Made by a program: the position numbers and the translations under genes. A DNA stretch of 45,583 nucleotides, taken from NCBI GenBank assembly GCA_015064795.1, contig SVRO01000001.1, positions 1-45,583 on the forward strand, in the 5' to 3' direction. This stretch comes from Oscillospiraceae bacterium (GTDB lineage Bacteria > Bacillota > Clostridia > Oscillospirales > CAG-272). The notes under the pieces are model-generated. The model made no database searches and was not told the DNA's origin. It saw only the letters and a list, made by a program, of their open reading frames with translations. Positions 23,704-32,718 of the stretch are shown in pieces; position 1 is the first letter of the stretch, and each line of letters begins with the position of its first letter.

Positions 23704-24855
23704 TTAGATCTTTTTCAACGCCCGCCAAAGTGCGTCAAGATCGGAGCGCGTGTTGCCGTGACCGAAGCTTACACGTACCGCGCCGTCCTCTGTCGTGCCA
23801 AGCGCGCGGTGACCGAGTGCCGCACAATGATAGCCTCCACGGACGCAAATGCTGTGTGCGGCCAATTCGCCTGCTACGCGTTCCGAGCTTTTGCCCTCCA
23901 CCGTAAACAAAAGGATTGCCCCTTCATGCTCGGGTAGGAGTATCCGAACACCGTGAAGATCTTCCAAACGATCGCGGAGCTCGCAGAAAAGCGAACGTTC
24001 GTGTGTGGCGATCGTATCACAACCGACCTTGCGAACGTAGCGTATCCCCTCGCAAAGCCCAGCCAGAGCAGGCGTGGGAAGCGTACCCGCCTCAAAACGC
24101 TCGGGAAGCTCCCACGGCATACCGCCCTCCAGCGAATACATACCGTTCCCCCCCTCTACAAGCGTGGCAAGCCCCTGCTTTTCCGCAAGTGCGAGAATTC
24201 CCGCACCCTGAATGCCACACAGTCCCTTGTGGGAGGGGGCGCACAGGGCGTCAATGCCAAGCTCGGTCATGTGGATCTCGGTGTGTCCTGCCGACTGTGC
24301 CGCGTCGACGGCAAAGAAAATGCCGTGGCGGCGGCAGAGCGCACCAATCTCCCGTAGAGGTAGCGTGAGCGAGCAAATATTGGAGGCGTGCGTGCAGAAA
24401 AGAAGACGGGTGTTTGGGCGGATCTGTGCGGCGATCCCTTCGAGGAACGCCCCCCGCGTACCGCCGTGGCGCAAGGTCTCGGTCGAAAAGACGTCGTACT
24501 CTATGAGGCCCTCATCTGCAAGGCGATAGATGGGACGGAGAACCGAGTTATGCTCCATGTCACTGATCAGCACGTGGTCGCCCCGTTTCAGAAAGCCCTT
24601 GACGAGCATATTGATCGCGTAGGTCGTATTCATGGTGAAGATCACGTTTTCGGGTTCGGGGCAACCCAAAAGCGCCGCTGCTTCTTCGCGACATTCGTAT
24701 ATTTTTTCCGCGGCACGCAGAGCGAGCGCGTGCGAGCTTCGCCCTGCGTTACCGCAATAGTCCGAGAGGCAGCGTGCTACCTCCTTCAGCACCGAAGGGG
24801 GCTTGGGGAAGCCCGTTGCGGCGTTGTCGAGATAAACAAGCTTTTCGGACCTCAA
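23704..24855 (-). CDS. class V aminotransferase-fold cysteine desulfurase family protein
   Basis: 383 aa with VYLDNAATGFPKP near the N-terminus and the PLP lysine context APSHKGLCGIQGAG. The TTG start overlaps the upstream stop (TTGA), with GGAGGTGA 6 nt upstream. Confidence 0.88.
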   Translation of the reverse strand: MRSEKLVYLDNAATGFPKPPSVLKEVARCLSDYCGNAGRSSHALALRAAEKIYECREEAAALLGCPEPENVIFTMNTTYAINMLVKGFLKRGDHVLISDMEHNSVLRPIYRLADEGLIEYDVFSTETLRHGGTRGAFLEGIAAQIRPNTRLLFCTHASNICSLTLPLREIGALCRRHGIFFAVDAAQSAGHTEIHMTELGIDALCAPSHKGLCGIQGAGILALAEKQGLATLVEGGNGMYSLEGGMPWELPERFEAGTLPTPALAGLCEGIRYVRKVGCDTIATHERSLFCELRDRLEDLHGVRILLPEHEGAILLFTVEGKSSERVAGELAAHSICVRGGYHCAALGHRALGTTEDGAVRVSFGHGNTRSDLDALWRALKKI

Positions 24856-25094
24856 AGAAGCTCACCTCCGCCGCCACTGAAATATTCGCTGACGGGGAGA
24901 TGAGAGGCTCCGAGCGTGCTTTTTGCGCTTTTTAGCTCGGCGCAGGAAAATTCAATGCCGTAGGCGCAGCCTCGGCGCGTTCTTTTGGCGTCGAGCTTAA
25001 CGATCCTCGACTCGATCCCAACGTCCGAAAGGAGTCGTTGCCCCTTCATCGCGTGCGTGAGCGAGCCGATCGACGCCGTACATAAATGATGCAC
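24852..25094 (-). CDS. DUF3343-like small protein (putative S/Se carrier-like)
   Basis: 80 aa. The pattern SLTHAMKGQRLLSDVGIESRIV...RRGCAYGIEF resembles DUF3343. GTG start with GGAGGTGA 6 nt upstream. It is coupled to the desulfurase gene. Confidence 0.7.
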   Translation of the reverse strand: MHHLCTASIGSLTHAMKGQRLLSDVGIESRIVKLDAKRTRRGCAYGIEFSCAELKSAKSTLGASHLPVSEYFSGGGGELL

Positions 25095-25192
25095 CCTTTC
25101 TCACCTCCAATGTCAATATATGACGGGAGATGTCGAAAGGTGCATAGCCGTATAGATAGAGCTTTCGGTTTTGTGTGAAGGGCGTCCTCTTA

Positions 25193-26689
25193 TTATCTCT
25201 TTGCCATCAGGCGTTTTTGGCATTCTTCAAGAAGAATATTTCTCTCCGAGAAGGGAAGCCTTTCGCCGCGGACGAGCTGATAGGTCTCGTGTCCCTTGCC
25301 CGCGAACAAAAAGATGTCGCCCTCCCTCGCGATCGAAACGGCGTAGCGGATGGCGTCGGCGCGGTCGGGAATGACGCGATAAGGACAGGAGCCCTCACCG
25401 AAGGATGCGGCAATGTCGTTTATAATGTCAGTCGGCTCCTCGCCGTCGGGGTTGTCCGAGGTCAGAATGCAAAGGTCGGCAAGCGAAGCGGCAACCTCGC
25501 CCATCTCGGTGCGTCGGCCAAAGGTGCGTCCGCCCACCGAGCCGAAAAGGCAGATAAGCCGCTTGGGCTCATATTGCCGTAGCGTTTCGAGTGCCGAGGT
25601 CAGACTGGCCTTGTTGTGTGCGTAGTCGATGACGAAGGTGGCTTCCTTCATGGCCTCTACGATCTCAAAGCGTCCCGCGATCCGCACGCGTGCAAGGTGT
25701 ATGAGAGTGTCCTTGACCGTCACACCGCACTTCTCGCAAACGGCAATAGCGGCAAGCGCGTTGTAGACGCTGAAGTGGCCGGGAAAGGGCAAGGAGGCAA
25801 TGTGCTTTTCGCCGCCTCTCGTGAAGGAAAATTCGATACCTAAGCGGTCGCTCTCCCGATAGCGCGTGGGCGCAGATGCGCGATAATCCGCGTCGGCGTA
25901 CATGGCGTAGGTGAGGAGTTCGGTGCCGCTTTTTGTTGCGGCCTGCATTTCGGCAGCGTAGCCGTCGTCGGCGTTGAGAAGGACGGTAGAGACGCCATAG
26001 TCCGAAAAGAGCGATTTTTTACAATTTTTATAATGCTCAAAATCGGGATGCTCATGGCCGCCGATGTGGTCGACCGAGAGATTGGTAAATACGCAAAGGT
26101 CGAAGCGCACCGCGTGCACGCGGCTCATATAAAGGGCCTGCGAGGAGACCTCCATGACCAGATATTTCACGCCCGCGAGGCACATATGGCGCATATACAT
26201 CTGCAAAATATAGCTTTCGGGTGTGGTGTTGGTGGCGTCGATATGAAAATCGCCGTAGTCGATTCCGCTCGTGCCGATATAGCCGCATTTGTGTCCCGTT
26301 GCGTTCAGCACATGGTAGATCATAAGCGCGGTCGTGGTTTTACCCTTGGTACCCGTGATGCCGATGACGCAAAGCTCGTGCGAGGGGTGGCCGAAGAGGT
26401 TGTCCGACATGACGGCAAGCGCACGTCTGGTGTTGGGGCAGAGAAAAACCAAGGCATCGTCGCCAAGGTCGGTGAGCGGTGTTTCGGCCACGAAAAAGCG
26501 ACAGCCCCTCTCGTACGCCGAGCGCGCGTAGAGATGCCCGTCCGAAATACTGCCGCGCAGGCAGACAAAGACGCCCTCGCCGCTTGCTTTGCGAGAGTCA
26601 AAATACACGTCGGATATATTTTTGTCGGGAATGTCGCCGAGGGGCGAACAAAGCCCCTCGACTCCCTCCAAAAGCTCTTTTAATTTCAT
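25193..26689 (-). CDS. murE: UDP-N-acetylmuramoyl-L-alanyl-D-glutamate--diamino acid ligase (MurE)
   Basis: 498 aa with the ATP site GITGTKGKTTT and Mur ligase middle and C-terminal domains. The specificity motif reads DNPD (25445-25456) rather than DNPR. Confidence 0.93.
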   Translation of the reverse strand: MKLKELLEGVEGLCSPLGDIPDKNISDVYFDSRKASGEGVFVCLRGSISDGHLYARSAYERGCRFFVAETPLTDLGDDALVFLCPNTRRALAVMSDNLFGHPSHELCVIGITGTKGKTTTALMIYHVLNATGHKCGYIGTSGIDYGDFHIDATNTTPESYILQMYMRHMCLAGVKYLVMEVSSQALYMSRVHAVRFDLCVFTNLSVDHIGGHEHPDFEHYKNCKKSLFSDYGVSTVLLNADDGYAAEMQAATKSGTELLTYAMYADADYRASAPTRYRESDRLGIEFSFTRGGEKHIASLPFPGHFSVYNALAAIAVCEKCGVTVKDTLIHLARVRIAGRFEIVEAMKEATFVIDYAHNKASLTSALETLRQYEPKRLICLFGSVGGRTFGRRTEMGEVAASLADLCILTSDNPDGEEPTDIINDIAASFGEGSCPYRVIPDRADAIRYAVSIAREGDIFLFAGKGHETYQLVRGERLPFSERNILLEECQKRLMAKR

Positions 26690-27015
26690 GTGTTTTTCCT
26701 TTCTGTGCGATAGGAAGCTTCAAGCATCGACTTGTTCTTTTTCGCGAAGTGCTTGGCTTCGGCCGAAAGAGGAACAAGCGTGAGCATCTTGCCCTCGTAT
26801 TCTGAAGCAAGCCGTTCCAGCTCCCAAAGGAGCAGAGTTTCGTCCTTTGGCAGAGGTCTTGGCGTGACGCCGAGAAATCTTGCCCAAAAGGGAACGCGCG
26901 GCGCAAGCCAAACGGTGCGCGCGCCGAAGCAAAAGCGGGCGAGGGTGCGGAAGGGCCTCTTGGGCGGCTTTCCCAAAAGGACGAACACGCAGTACGAACG
27001 GATCACAGCCTTCAT
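26686..27015 (-). CDS. hypothetical 109-aa protein, translationally coupled to murE
   Basis: Own promoter (27052-27080) and GAGGTG SD. Its stop overlaps the murE ATG (ATGA). There is a weak by-eye resemblance to the N-terminal pre-ATP-grasp region of carboxylate-amine ligases. Confidence 0.5.
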   Translation of the reverse strand: MKAVIRSYCVFVLLGKPPKRPFRTLARFCFGARTVWLAPRVPFWARFLGVTPRPLPKDETLLLWELERLASEYEGKMLTLVPLSAEAKHFAKKNKSMLEASYRTERKNT

Positions 27016-27051
27016 TTTACACCTCGCGTAACATACTCTTTATTATTGTTT

Positions 27052-27080
27052 ATTATAACACATTTTCCTTTGAATAGCAA
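27052..27080 (-). promoter_or_regulatory. SigA-type promoter (minus strand) upstream of the small ORF and murE
   Basis: Minus strand: TTGCTA (27080-27075), 17-nt spacer, TGT-TATAAT (-10 at 27057-27052). Confidence 0.55.
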
Positions 27081-27096
27081 GAAAATTTTGACTTTT

Positions 27097-27975
27097 TTAG
27101 GTTTTTTCAAGCAGGGCGGCAAGCCGCTTTCGCGTTTCGTCGGAGGGCGGGCAAAGCGGGAGACGGTACTCCTCGCGGCAAAGGCCGAGCATGGCGGCCG
27201 CGCACTTGACGGGAATGGGATTGACCTCGGAAAAAAGGGCATCGGCAAGGGGCAAAAGGGATAATTGATCAGCCGCCGCACCTTTTTGGTCGCCCTCGCG
27301 GTATTTGCGGCACATAGCGGCGACCTCACGCGGTAGAATGTTGGAAAGCACCGAGATCACGCCCTTTCCGCCAAGCGACAAGAGAGGAACGGTCACGTCG
27401 TCGTTGCCCGAATAAAGCGAAAAGCTTTCTGAAAATTCGGCGGCGAGACGTGCGGCAAAGCCAAGGTCGCCCGACGCCTCCTTGATACCCACGATGCGCG
27501 CGTGGTCGGCCAGTGGGCGAAGGGCTTCGGCACCAAGCCAAACGCCCGTGCGCGAGGGGACGTTGTAAAGAAGAATGGGGCGGTCGGTCTCGTCGGCGAT
27601 CCTGCGGTAGCTTTCGGCAAGGCCGCGCGGCGTGGCGCGGTTGTAGTAGGGGGTGACGAGCAAAAGACCGTCGCAGCCGGCGCGGCAGGCGTGCTTGGAG
27701 GTCTCGATGGCGTGGGCGGTGTCGTTGCTTCCCGTGCCCGCGATCACGGGGACGCGCCCTGCCACCTGGCGCACGGCAAAGCTGATACAGGCGCGGTGCT
27801 CGGTATCGGTGAGCGTGGGAGCCTCACCCGTGGTTCCCGTCACCACGAGAGCGTCAATGCCGTTCTCGATCTGAAATTCGATTAGGCGTTCAAAGGCGTC
27901 AAAATCTACTTTGCCGCCCGAAAAGGGAGTGATCAGTGCCGTGGCGGCACCTTCAAAAATACAGGTTTTGTTCAC
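27097..27975 (-). CDS. dapA: 4-hydroxy-tetrahydrodipicolinate synthase
   Basis: 292 aa with ALITPF, GTTGEAPTLT, YYNR and GIKEASGD motifs typical of DapA. Confidence 0.95.
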   Translation of the reverse strand: MNKTCIFEGAATALITPFSGGKVDFDAFERLIEFQIENGIDALVVTGTTGEAPTLTDTEHRACISFAVRQVAGRVPVIAGTGSNDTAHAIETSKHACRAGCDGLLLVTPYYNRATPRGLAESYRRIADETDRPILLYNVPSRTGVWLGAEALRPLADHARIVGIKEASGDLGFAARLAAEFSESFSLYSGNDDVTVPLLSLGGKGVISVLSNILPREVAAMCRKYREGDQKGAAADQLSLLPLADALFSEVNPIPVKCAAAMLGLCREEYRLPLCPPSDETRKRLAALLEKT

Positions 27976-28003
27976 GTCGTTCTCCTAAATTGTTTGAAAG
28001 GTA

Positions 28004-28032
28004 TTGTAAAAAAAGGGAAAATATAGTATAAT
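28004..28032 (+). promoter_or_regulatory. possible SigA-type promoter of queA
   Basis: TTGTAA (28004-28009), 17-nt spacer, TATAAT (28027-28032). Confidence 0.5.
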
Positions 28033-28090
28033 ATTTTGTGTTGCTATTATACTAAAAGTTTATGCGCCGATCGAACGGAAAGGAACGGAT

Positions 28091-29167
28091 ATGTCTGTTA
28101 TTATCAACAAGAGAGTCGATACCGACCTTAAGACCTCGGATTTCTTTTATGAATTGCCGCCCGAGCTTATTGCGCAAACGCCGCTTGCCGCGCGTGACCA
28201 CTCAAGGCTTCTTTGTGTGGACCGCCAAAGTGGTGAGCTCGCCCATAAGCATTTTTACGATATTATCGATATGTTAAATCCCTCAGACGTGCTTGTGATC
28301 AATGATTCCAAGGTCATTCCCGCCCGTCTTTACGGGCATGTGGAGGGCAGGAAGGAAGCGCTTATCGAGCTTTTGCTTTTGCGCTCGCGCGGACTTGACA
28401 CGTGGGAGACGCTCGTGAAGCCCGGAAAGCGCGCCAAGATCGGCTCGCGTCTCGTTTTTGGTGACGGCATCCTCATGGGTGAGATCACCGACATTGTGGA
28501 GGAGGGCAACCGCCTTATTCGTTTCGCTTACGACAAGGAAAAATACACGAGTATTTATGAGATCTTGCACGAGATTGGCCTTATGCCTCTGCCGCCCTAT
28601 ATCACCGAGCGGCTTCGGGACAATGAGCGGTATCAGACGGTCTATGCCAACGAGATCGGAAGTGCCGCCGCGCCCACGGCGGGGCTTCACTTTACCACCG
28701 CGCTTCTTGACAAGATTCGCGCGAAAGGCGTGGCGATCGCGCCCGTTATGCTTCACGTCGGACTTGGCACCTTCCGTCCCGTAAAGGTCGATGCCTTGAA
28801 TGACCACGTGATGCATACCGAGTATTTTTCAGTCTCGAAGGAAAGTGCCGACCTTATCAACGCGCGCCGCGCCGCAGGCGGCAGAGTGATTGCGGTGGGT
28901 ACGACCTCCTGCCGTACGCTTGAGAGCGTGACGACCGATGAGGGCGTAGTGCAGGCCATGAGCGGCGACACGGGTATCTTTATCTACCCGGGCTATAAAT
29001 TTAAGGCGGTGGACGCTCTTATCACCAATTTCCACCTGCCCGAAAGCACGCTTTTGATGCTCATTTCAGCGTTTTATAACCGCGAAAAAATCCTTGAAGT
29101 CTATAAAACGGCGGTGGAGGAAAAATATCGCTTCTTCAGCTTTGGCGATGCGATGTTTATAGAGTGA
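28091..29167 (+). CDS. queA: S-adenosylmethionine:tRNA ribosyltransferase-isomerase
   Basis: 358 aa with [38 protein letters not shown] and [17 protein letters not shown]. Confidence 0.96.
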   Translation: MSVIINKRVDTDLKTSDFFYELPPELIAQTPLAARDHSRLLCVDRQSGELAHKHFYDIIDMLNPSDVLVINDSKVIPARLYGHVEGRKEALIELLLLRSRGLDTWETLVKPGKRAKIGSRLVFGDGILMGEITDIVEEGNRLIRFAYDKEKYTSIYEILHEIGLMPLPPYITERLRDNERYQTVYANEIGSAAAPTAGLHFTTALLDKIRAKGVAIAPVMLHVGLGTFRPVKVDALNDHVMHTEYFSVSKESADLINARRAAGGRVIAVGTTSCRTLESVTTDEGVVQAMSGDTGIFIYPGYKFKAVDALITNFHLPESTLLMLISAFYNREKILEVYKTAVEEKYRFFSFGDAMFIE

Positions 29168-29231
29168 GAACTGCTTTTGTACGCGAAAAAAACAAGGACT
29201 GTTGTGAAATTTTAACTTGAAGGAGCTTTTT

Positions 29232-30167
29232 ATGGAAAACAAAAAGGAAAACGGGAAAACAAAAGAGGTTTTGAAGGGTTTTGTAAATAAGGCCGCGGAT
29301 GTTGGAAAAAAGGCCGTTGACGGCGTACAAAAAGGCGTAAAGGATATAGCTGAGAAAAATAAAAACGAAGCACATTTGCGAAAAATCAAAAAATACAATC
29401 CCTTGTTCCCCGAGGATTATACGAAAGAATCCTTCAATCTTCCCAATATGATTCAAATTGTGGACGATGCTGTAAGGAGAGGGATTGACGTATGCGAGGG
29501 CGCAATCGGTTGGTTAAGCTCTGAAAGCGGCATGGAGGTTCTTCATCTGTATGATGAGGCCGTGACAATGAGTAAAATCCAATTTATTCCCAACGTTGAG
29601 TGTGACGCCATCTATTACGTTGACAATTTTGACAGAAACCGTTTTATCAAGGTGGACTGCATTTTCAGCAGAGCCCACGATGAAAGATTGGCTGAACTCA
29701 AGCACGTTGCCCATTCCCTTGGTGCAAAACGTTGCTCGATCGAGATGGTGGAGGGAGATTCCGAGGTTCAGTCTCAAAGTTTGAAGATGGGTGTGGCAAG
29801 TGGCTTGGGCAAGCTGAAGTCCAATGAGTCGTACGAGCATAGTGCATCCTCAAAAAGATTTGAACAGAGGCGCGGTCGTATTTTGGCCGAATTTGAGGGA
29901 AACAATGCCCCCCAAAAGCCCGAACTGAAGTGGTTTGCAAACGATGACAACGTGAAGCGACTGATTGAAATGCGGTGTACCAGCAGTAATTCGATCAAAT
30001 CGGAGTTGTTGGAGCTGGAGGGTTCTTCTTCGGCGGCTATGTCGCAAAAAACGGCAAGTGCTATTGATATTGCTGTTTCAAAAATTGGCACGAAATCCAA
30101 TTTCAATATGGAAAAGCACGCGACGAAAGAAAATCATAGCAAATTGATTTTCTGTATAGAATTTTGA
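29232..30167 (+). CDS. hypothetical protein (orphan, no family recognised)
   Basis: 311 aa from ATG 29232 (GGAG at 29222-29225). Lys-rich amphipathic N-terminus, then a globular region, then a Ser/Lys/Glu-rich C-terminal half. Visibly AT-richer than its neighbours. Confidence 0.7.
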   Translation: MENKKENGKTKEVLKGFVNKAADVGKKAVDGVQKGVKDIAEKNKNEAHLRKIKKYNPLFPEDYTKESFNLPNMIQIVDDAVRRGIDVCEGAIGWLSSESGMEVLHLYDEAVTMSKIQFIPNVECDAIYYVDNFDRNRFIKVDCIFSRAHDERLAELKHVAHSLGAKRCSIEMVEGDSEVQSQSLKMGVASGLGKLKSNESYEHSASSKRFEQRRGRILAEFEGNNAPQKPELKWFANDDNVKRLIEMRCTSSNSIKSELLELEGSSSAAMSQKTASAIDIAVSKIGTKSNFNMEKHATKENHSKLIFCIEF

Positions 30168-30200
30168 TTTTGGTCCAACGTATTTTGAGAGGATAAACAC

Positions 30201-31145
30201 ATGAAAAACGTTCTTGCCGTGGTGGGAGCCACGGCATCGGGAAAGACTGCGCTTTCGATCGCGCTTGCGAAGGCGCTTGGCGGTGAGATCATCTCCTGTG
30301 ATTCCATGCAGATCTATCGTGGCATGGACATCGGCACGGCAAAGCCGACCGAGGAGGAGCGCGAAGGTGTTCCGCACCATCTCATTGATATTGTGGATCC
30401 GAGCGAGTCCTTTTCGGTGGCCGATTACGCGCCGCTTGCGGCAAAGGCGATCGAGGACATCTCGGCGCGCGGCAAGCTCCCCATCTTTTGCGGCGGCACG
30501 GGTCTATATCTTGACGCGGTTTTGACCGCCAACGAATATTCCGAGGCGGCAAGCGACCCCGCGCTCCGCGAGGAGCTGGCACGTGAGGCCGAGGAAAAGG
30601 GCGCACTTGCGCTTTGGGAGCGACTCAAGGGCGAGGATCCCGAATCGGCCGATGCTATCCACCCCAACAACGTCAAGCGCGTCATTCGTGCGCTTGAGAT
30701 CAAGCTTTTGACGGGCATTCCGAAATCCGAGTGGGACAGGCGTTCGCGGCTTGCTCCCTCTCCTTACAACTCGATTGTGCTTGGGCTTTCTTACCCCGAC
30801 CGCGCGGTGCTTTACGAGCGCATTGACAGGCGTGTAGACATTATGATGGAGCAGGGTCTTGTTGAGGAAGTGAAGGAGCTTGTTTCCGCGGGCCGCTTGC
30901 CGCGCACATCAACGGCGGCGCAGGCCATCGGCTACAAGGAGATCCTCGCCTATCTTGACGGCGAGACCTCGCTTGAGGCGGCGGTCGAGACGCTGAAAAC
31001 TGCCACGCGAAGATATGCCAAACGGCAGATCACGTGGTTTGGCAGTAAATCCTATGTGACACCTGTAGAGGTCTCGGGCGGCATTTCGAACGAATGCTTT
31101 GAAGAAATTGTAAAAAATGTGAAAAAAGCATTCCAATTATCTTAA
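30201..31145 (+). CDS. miaA: tRNA dimethylallyltransferase
   Basis: 314 aa with P-loop VVGATASGKTALSIALA, then SCDSMQIYRGMDIGTAKPT and VPHHLID. Confidence 0.96.
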   Translation: MKNVLAVVGATASGKTALSIALAKALGGEIISCDSMQIYRGMDIGTAKPTEEEREGVPHHLIDIVDPSESFSVADYAPLAAKAIEDISARGKLPIFCGGTGLYLDAVLTANEYSEAASDPALREELAREAEEKGALALWERLKGEDPESADAIHPNNVKRVIRALEIKLLTGIPKSEWDRRSRLAPSPYNSIVLGLSYPDRAVLYERIDRRVDIMMEQGLVEEVKELVSAGRLPRTSTAAQAIGYKEILAYLDGETSLEAAVETLKTATRRYAKRQITWFGSKSYVTPVEVSGGISNECFEEIVKNVKKAFQLS

Positions 31146-31198
31146 AAGTGTGATATAATAGAAAAAATATATTATTTAGAGAAAAGAGAACGTAAATC

Positions 31199-31888
31199 GT
31201 GGATTTTTCCTATCTTGACAGAAATCTCGGGGAGATAAAAGAGCGCATGGACGCGGCGCGCACAGTCGCAGGGCGTACCGACGAGGTGGGGCTCATCGTG
31301 GCGGCCAAAAGCGGAACCCCCGAGGAGCTGAATTATCTGGCGGAGAAGCTGGACGTCCGTGATTTCGGTGAAAACCGCGTGCAGCAGCTCCTTGAGCATT
31401 ACGAGACGCTGCCAAAGGGCGTGAATATTCATTTTATCGGTCATCTGCAGACCAACAAGGTGAAATATATCATCGATAAGGTGACCATGATACATTCGCT
31501 CGACTCCGAGCGGCTTGCCGCCGAGATCGACAAGCAGGCCGCAAAGCACGGAATCGTGATGAAGGTGCTGGTGGAGGTCAACGTGGGTGAGGAAGAAAAC
31601 AAGAGCGGCGTGATGCCAAGCGAAGCCGCGGCTCTTTGTGAGGCAATCGAAAAATATCCGAACCTTTCCCTGCGCGGACTTATGACGATGGCACCGAATT
31701 GTGAGAAAAAAGAGGATTATTTAAAATTTTTTCAAAAAATTTCTCAATTATCTGTTGACATTTGGAACAAAAAAAGAGATAATAAAGAGAGACCTATTTT
31801 ATCTATGGGTATGAGCGGCAGTTTTGAGGAGGCCATTGCCTCGGGCGCAACGGTCGTTCGCGTGGGACGGAAATTGTTTGAAAAATAA
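31199..31888 (+). CDS. yggS: YggS/YlmE-family pyridoxal-phosphate homeostasis protein
   Basis: 229 aa with FGENRVQQL, HFIGHLQTNKVKYI, SLRGLMTM, and MGMSGSFEEAIASGATVVRVG near the C-terminus. GTG start. Confidence 0.9.
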   Translation: MDFSYLDRNLGEIKERMDAARTVAGRTDEVGLIVAAKSGTPEELNYLAEKLDVRDFGENRVQQLLEHYETLPKGVNIHFIGHLQTNKVKYIIDKVTMIHSLDSERLAAEIDKQAAKHGIVMKVLVEVNVGEEENKSGVMPSEAAALCEAIEKYPNLSLRGLMTMAPNCEKKEDYLKFFQKISQLSVDIWNKKRDNKERPILSMGMSGSFEEAIASGATVVRVGRKLFEK

Positions 31889-31911
31889 TTATACATTTTT
31901 TGGAGGTTAAC

Positions 31912-32352
31912 ATGGCTATCAAGTTTGGCTTCGGTAAGAAAAACGATGACGAAAGCTATTACCAGCCCGAGTACAGTCCTTACGGCTTCGATCCCAAGGA
32001 GGAGGAAGCACAGGAGGAGAGAGGAAACATCGCGTTTGAGGACGATGTGAAGGAGGCTCCCGTGGAGGAAGAGAAGAGCACCTTTGGCGGCATCAACGAG
32101 GAGGCCGTTTCGCTTAAGGTTATGGCTCCCAAGAGCTACAGTGAGGCAACCAAGGTGGCGGACAGCCTGATCGCAGGAAGCACCGTCGTTTTGAACGTGG
32201 AGGCTTTGGACAAGGCCGAGCTTCTTCGTTTTATGGATTTCCTTATGGGAATTCTTTACGTAATTCGCGGCAACATGAAGAACGTTTCCAAGACCACCGT
32301 GGTGGTGTCTCCCTCGAGCATTGCCGACGAAAGCGAAGCACAGGACGAATAA
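31912..32352 (+). CDS. sepF: cell division protein SepF
   Basis: ATG 31912 with GGAGG at 31902-31906. The conserved SepF core is present (VMAPKSYSEATKVADSLIAGSTVVLNVEALDKAELLRFMDFLMG). Confidence 0.9.
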   Translation: MAIKFGFGKKNDDESYYQPEYSPYGFDPKEEEAQEERGNIAFEDDVKEAPVEEEKSTFGGINEEAVSLKVMAPKSYSEATKVADSLIAGSTVVLNVEALDKAELLRFMDFLMGILYVIRGNMKNVSKTTVVVSPSSIADESEAQDE

Positions 32353-32427
32353 GTAGTATCAAAGCCGTTTAGCGCGGGCATACGCCCGCGCGGCTTTCGT
32401 GTGTTCTTATGTTTAGGAGAGGGGTCT

Positions 32428-32718
32428 ATGAACGTTCTATATATGGTGGCAAGGGTAGTCTCCTTGCTGCTTGGCATTTTGGAGATCGCTATGATCATAC
32501 GGGTAATCGCTTCGTGGATTCCCGCGCTTGACCGAGCGGGCTTTATGGATATCGTGTATATGATCACCGAGCCCATCGTGGTTCCCGTACGCTTGATCTT
32601 TGAGCGTTTTCCGATCTTTCGCAATTCACCGATCGACTTTTCCTTCTTGATCGCGTTTCTTCTTCTCGGCATGCTGCAGACGACGATGGAGCACTTTGCC
32701 GTTTTGGCCTTCCGATGA
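32428..32718 (+). CDS. yggT: YggT/YlmG-family membrane protein
   Basis: ATG 32428 with AGGAGAGGGG upstream. 96 aa with two hydrophobic helices (IIRVIASWIP motif). Confidence 0.85.
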   Translation: MNVLYMVARVVSLLLGILEIAMIIRVIASWIPALDRAGFMDIVYMITEPIVVPVRLIFERFPIFRNSPIDFSFLIAFLLLGMLQTTMEHFAVLAFR

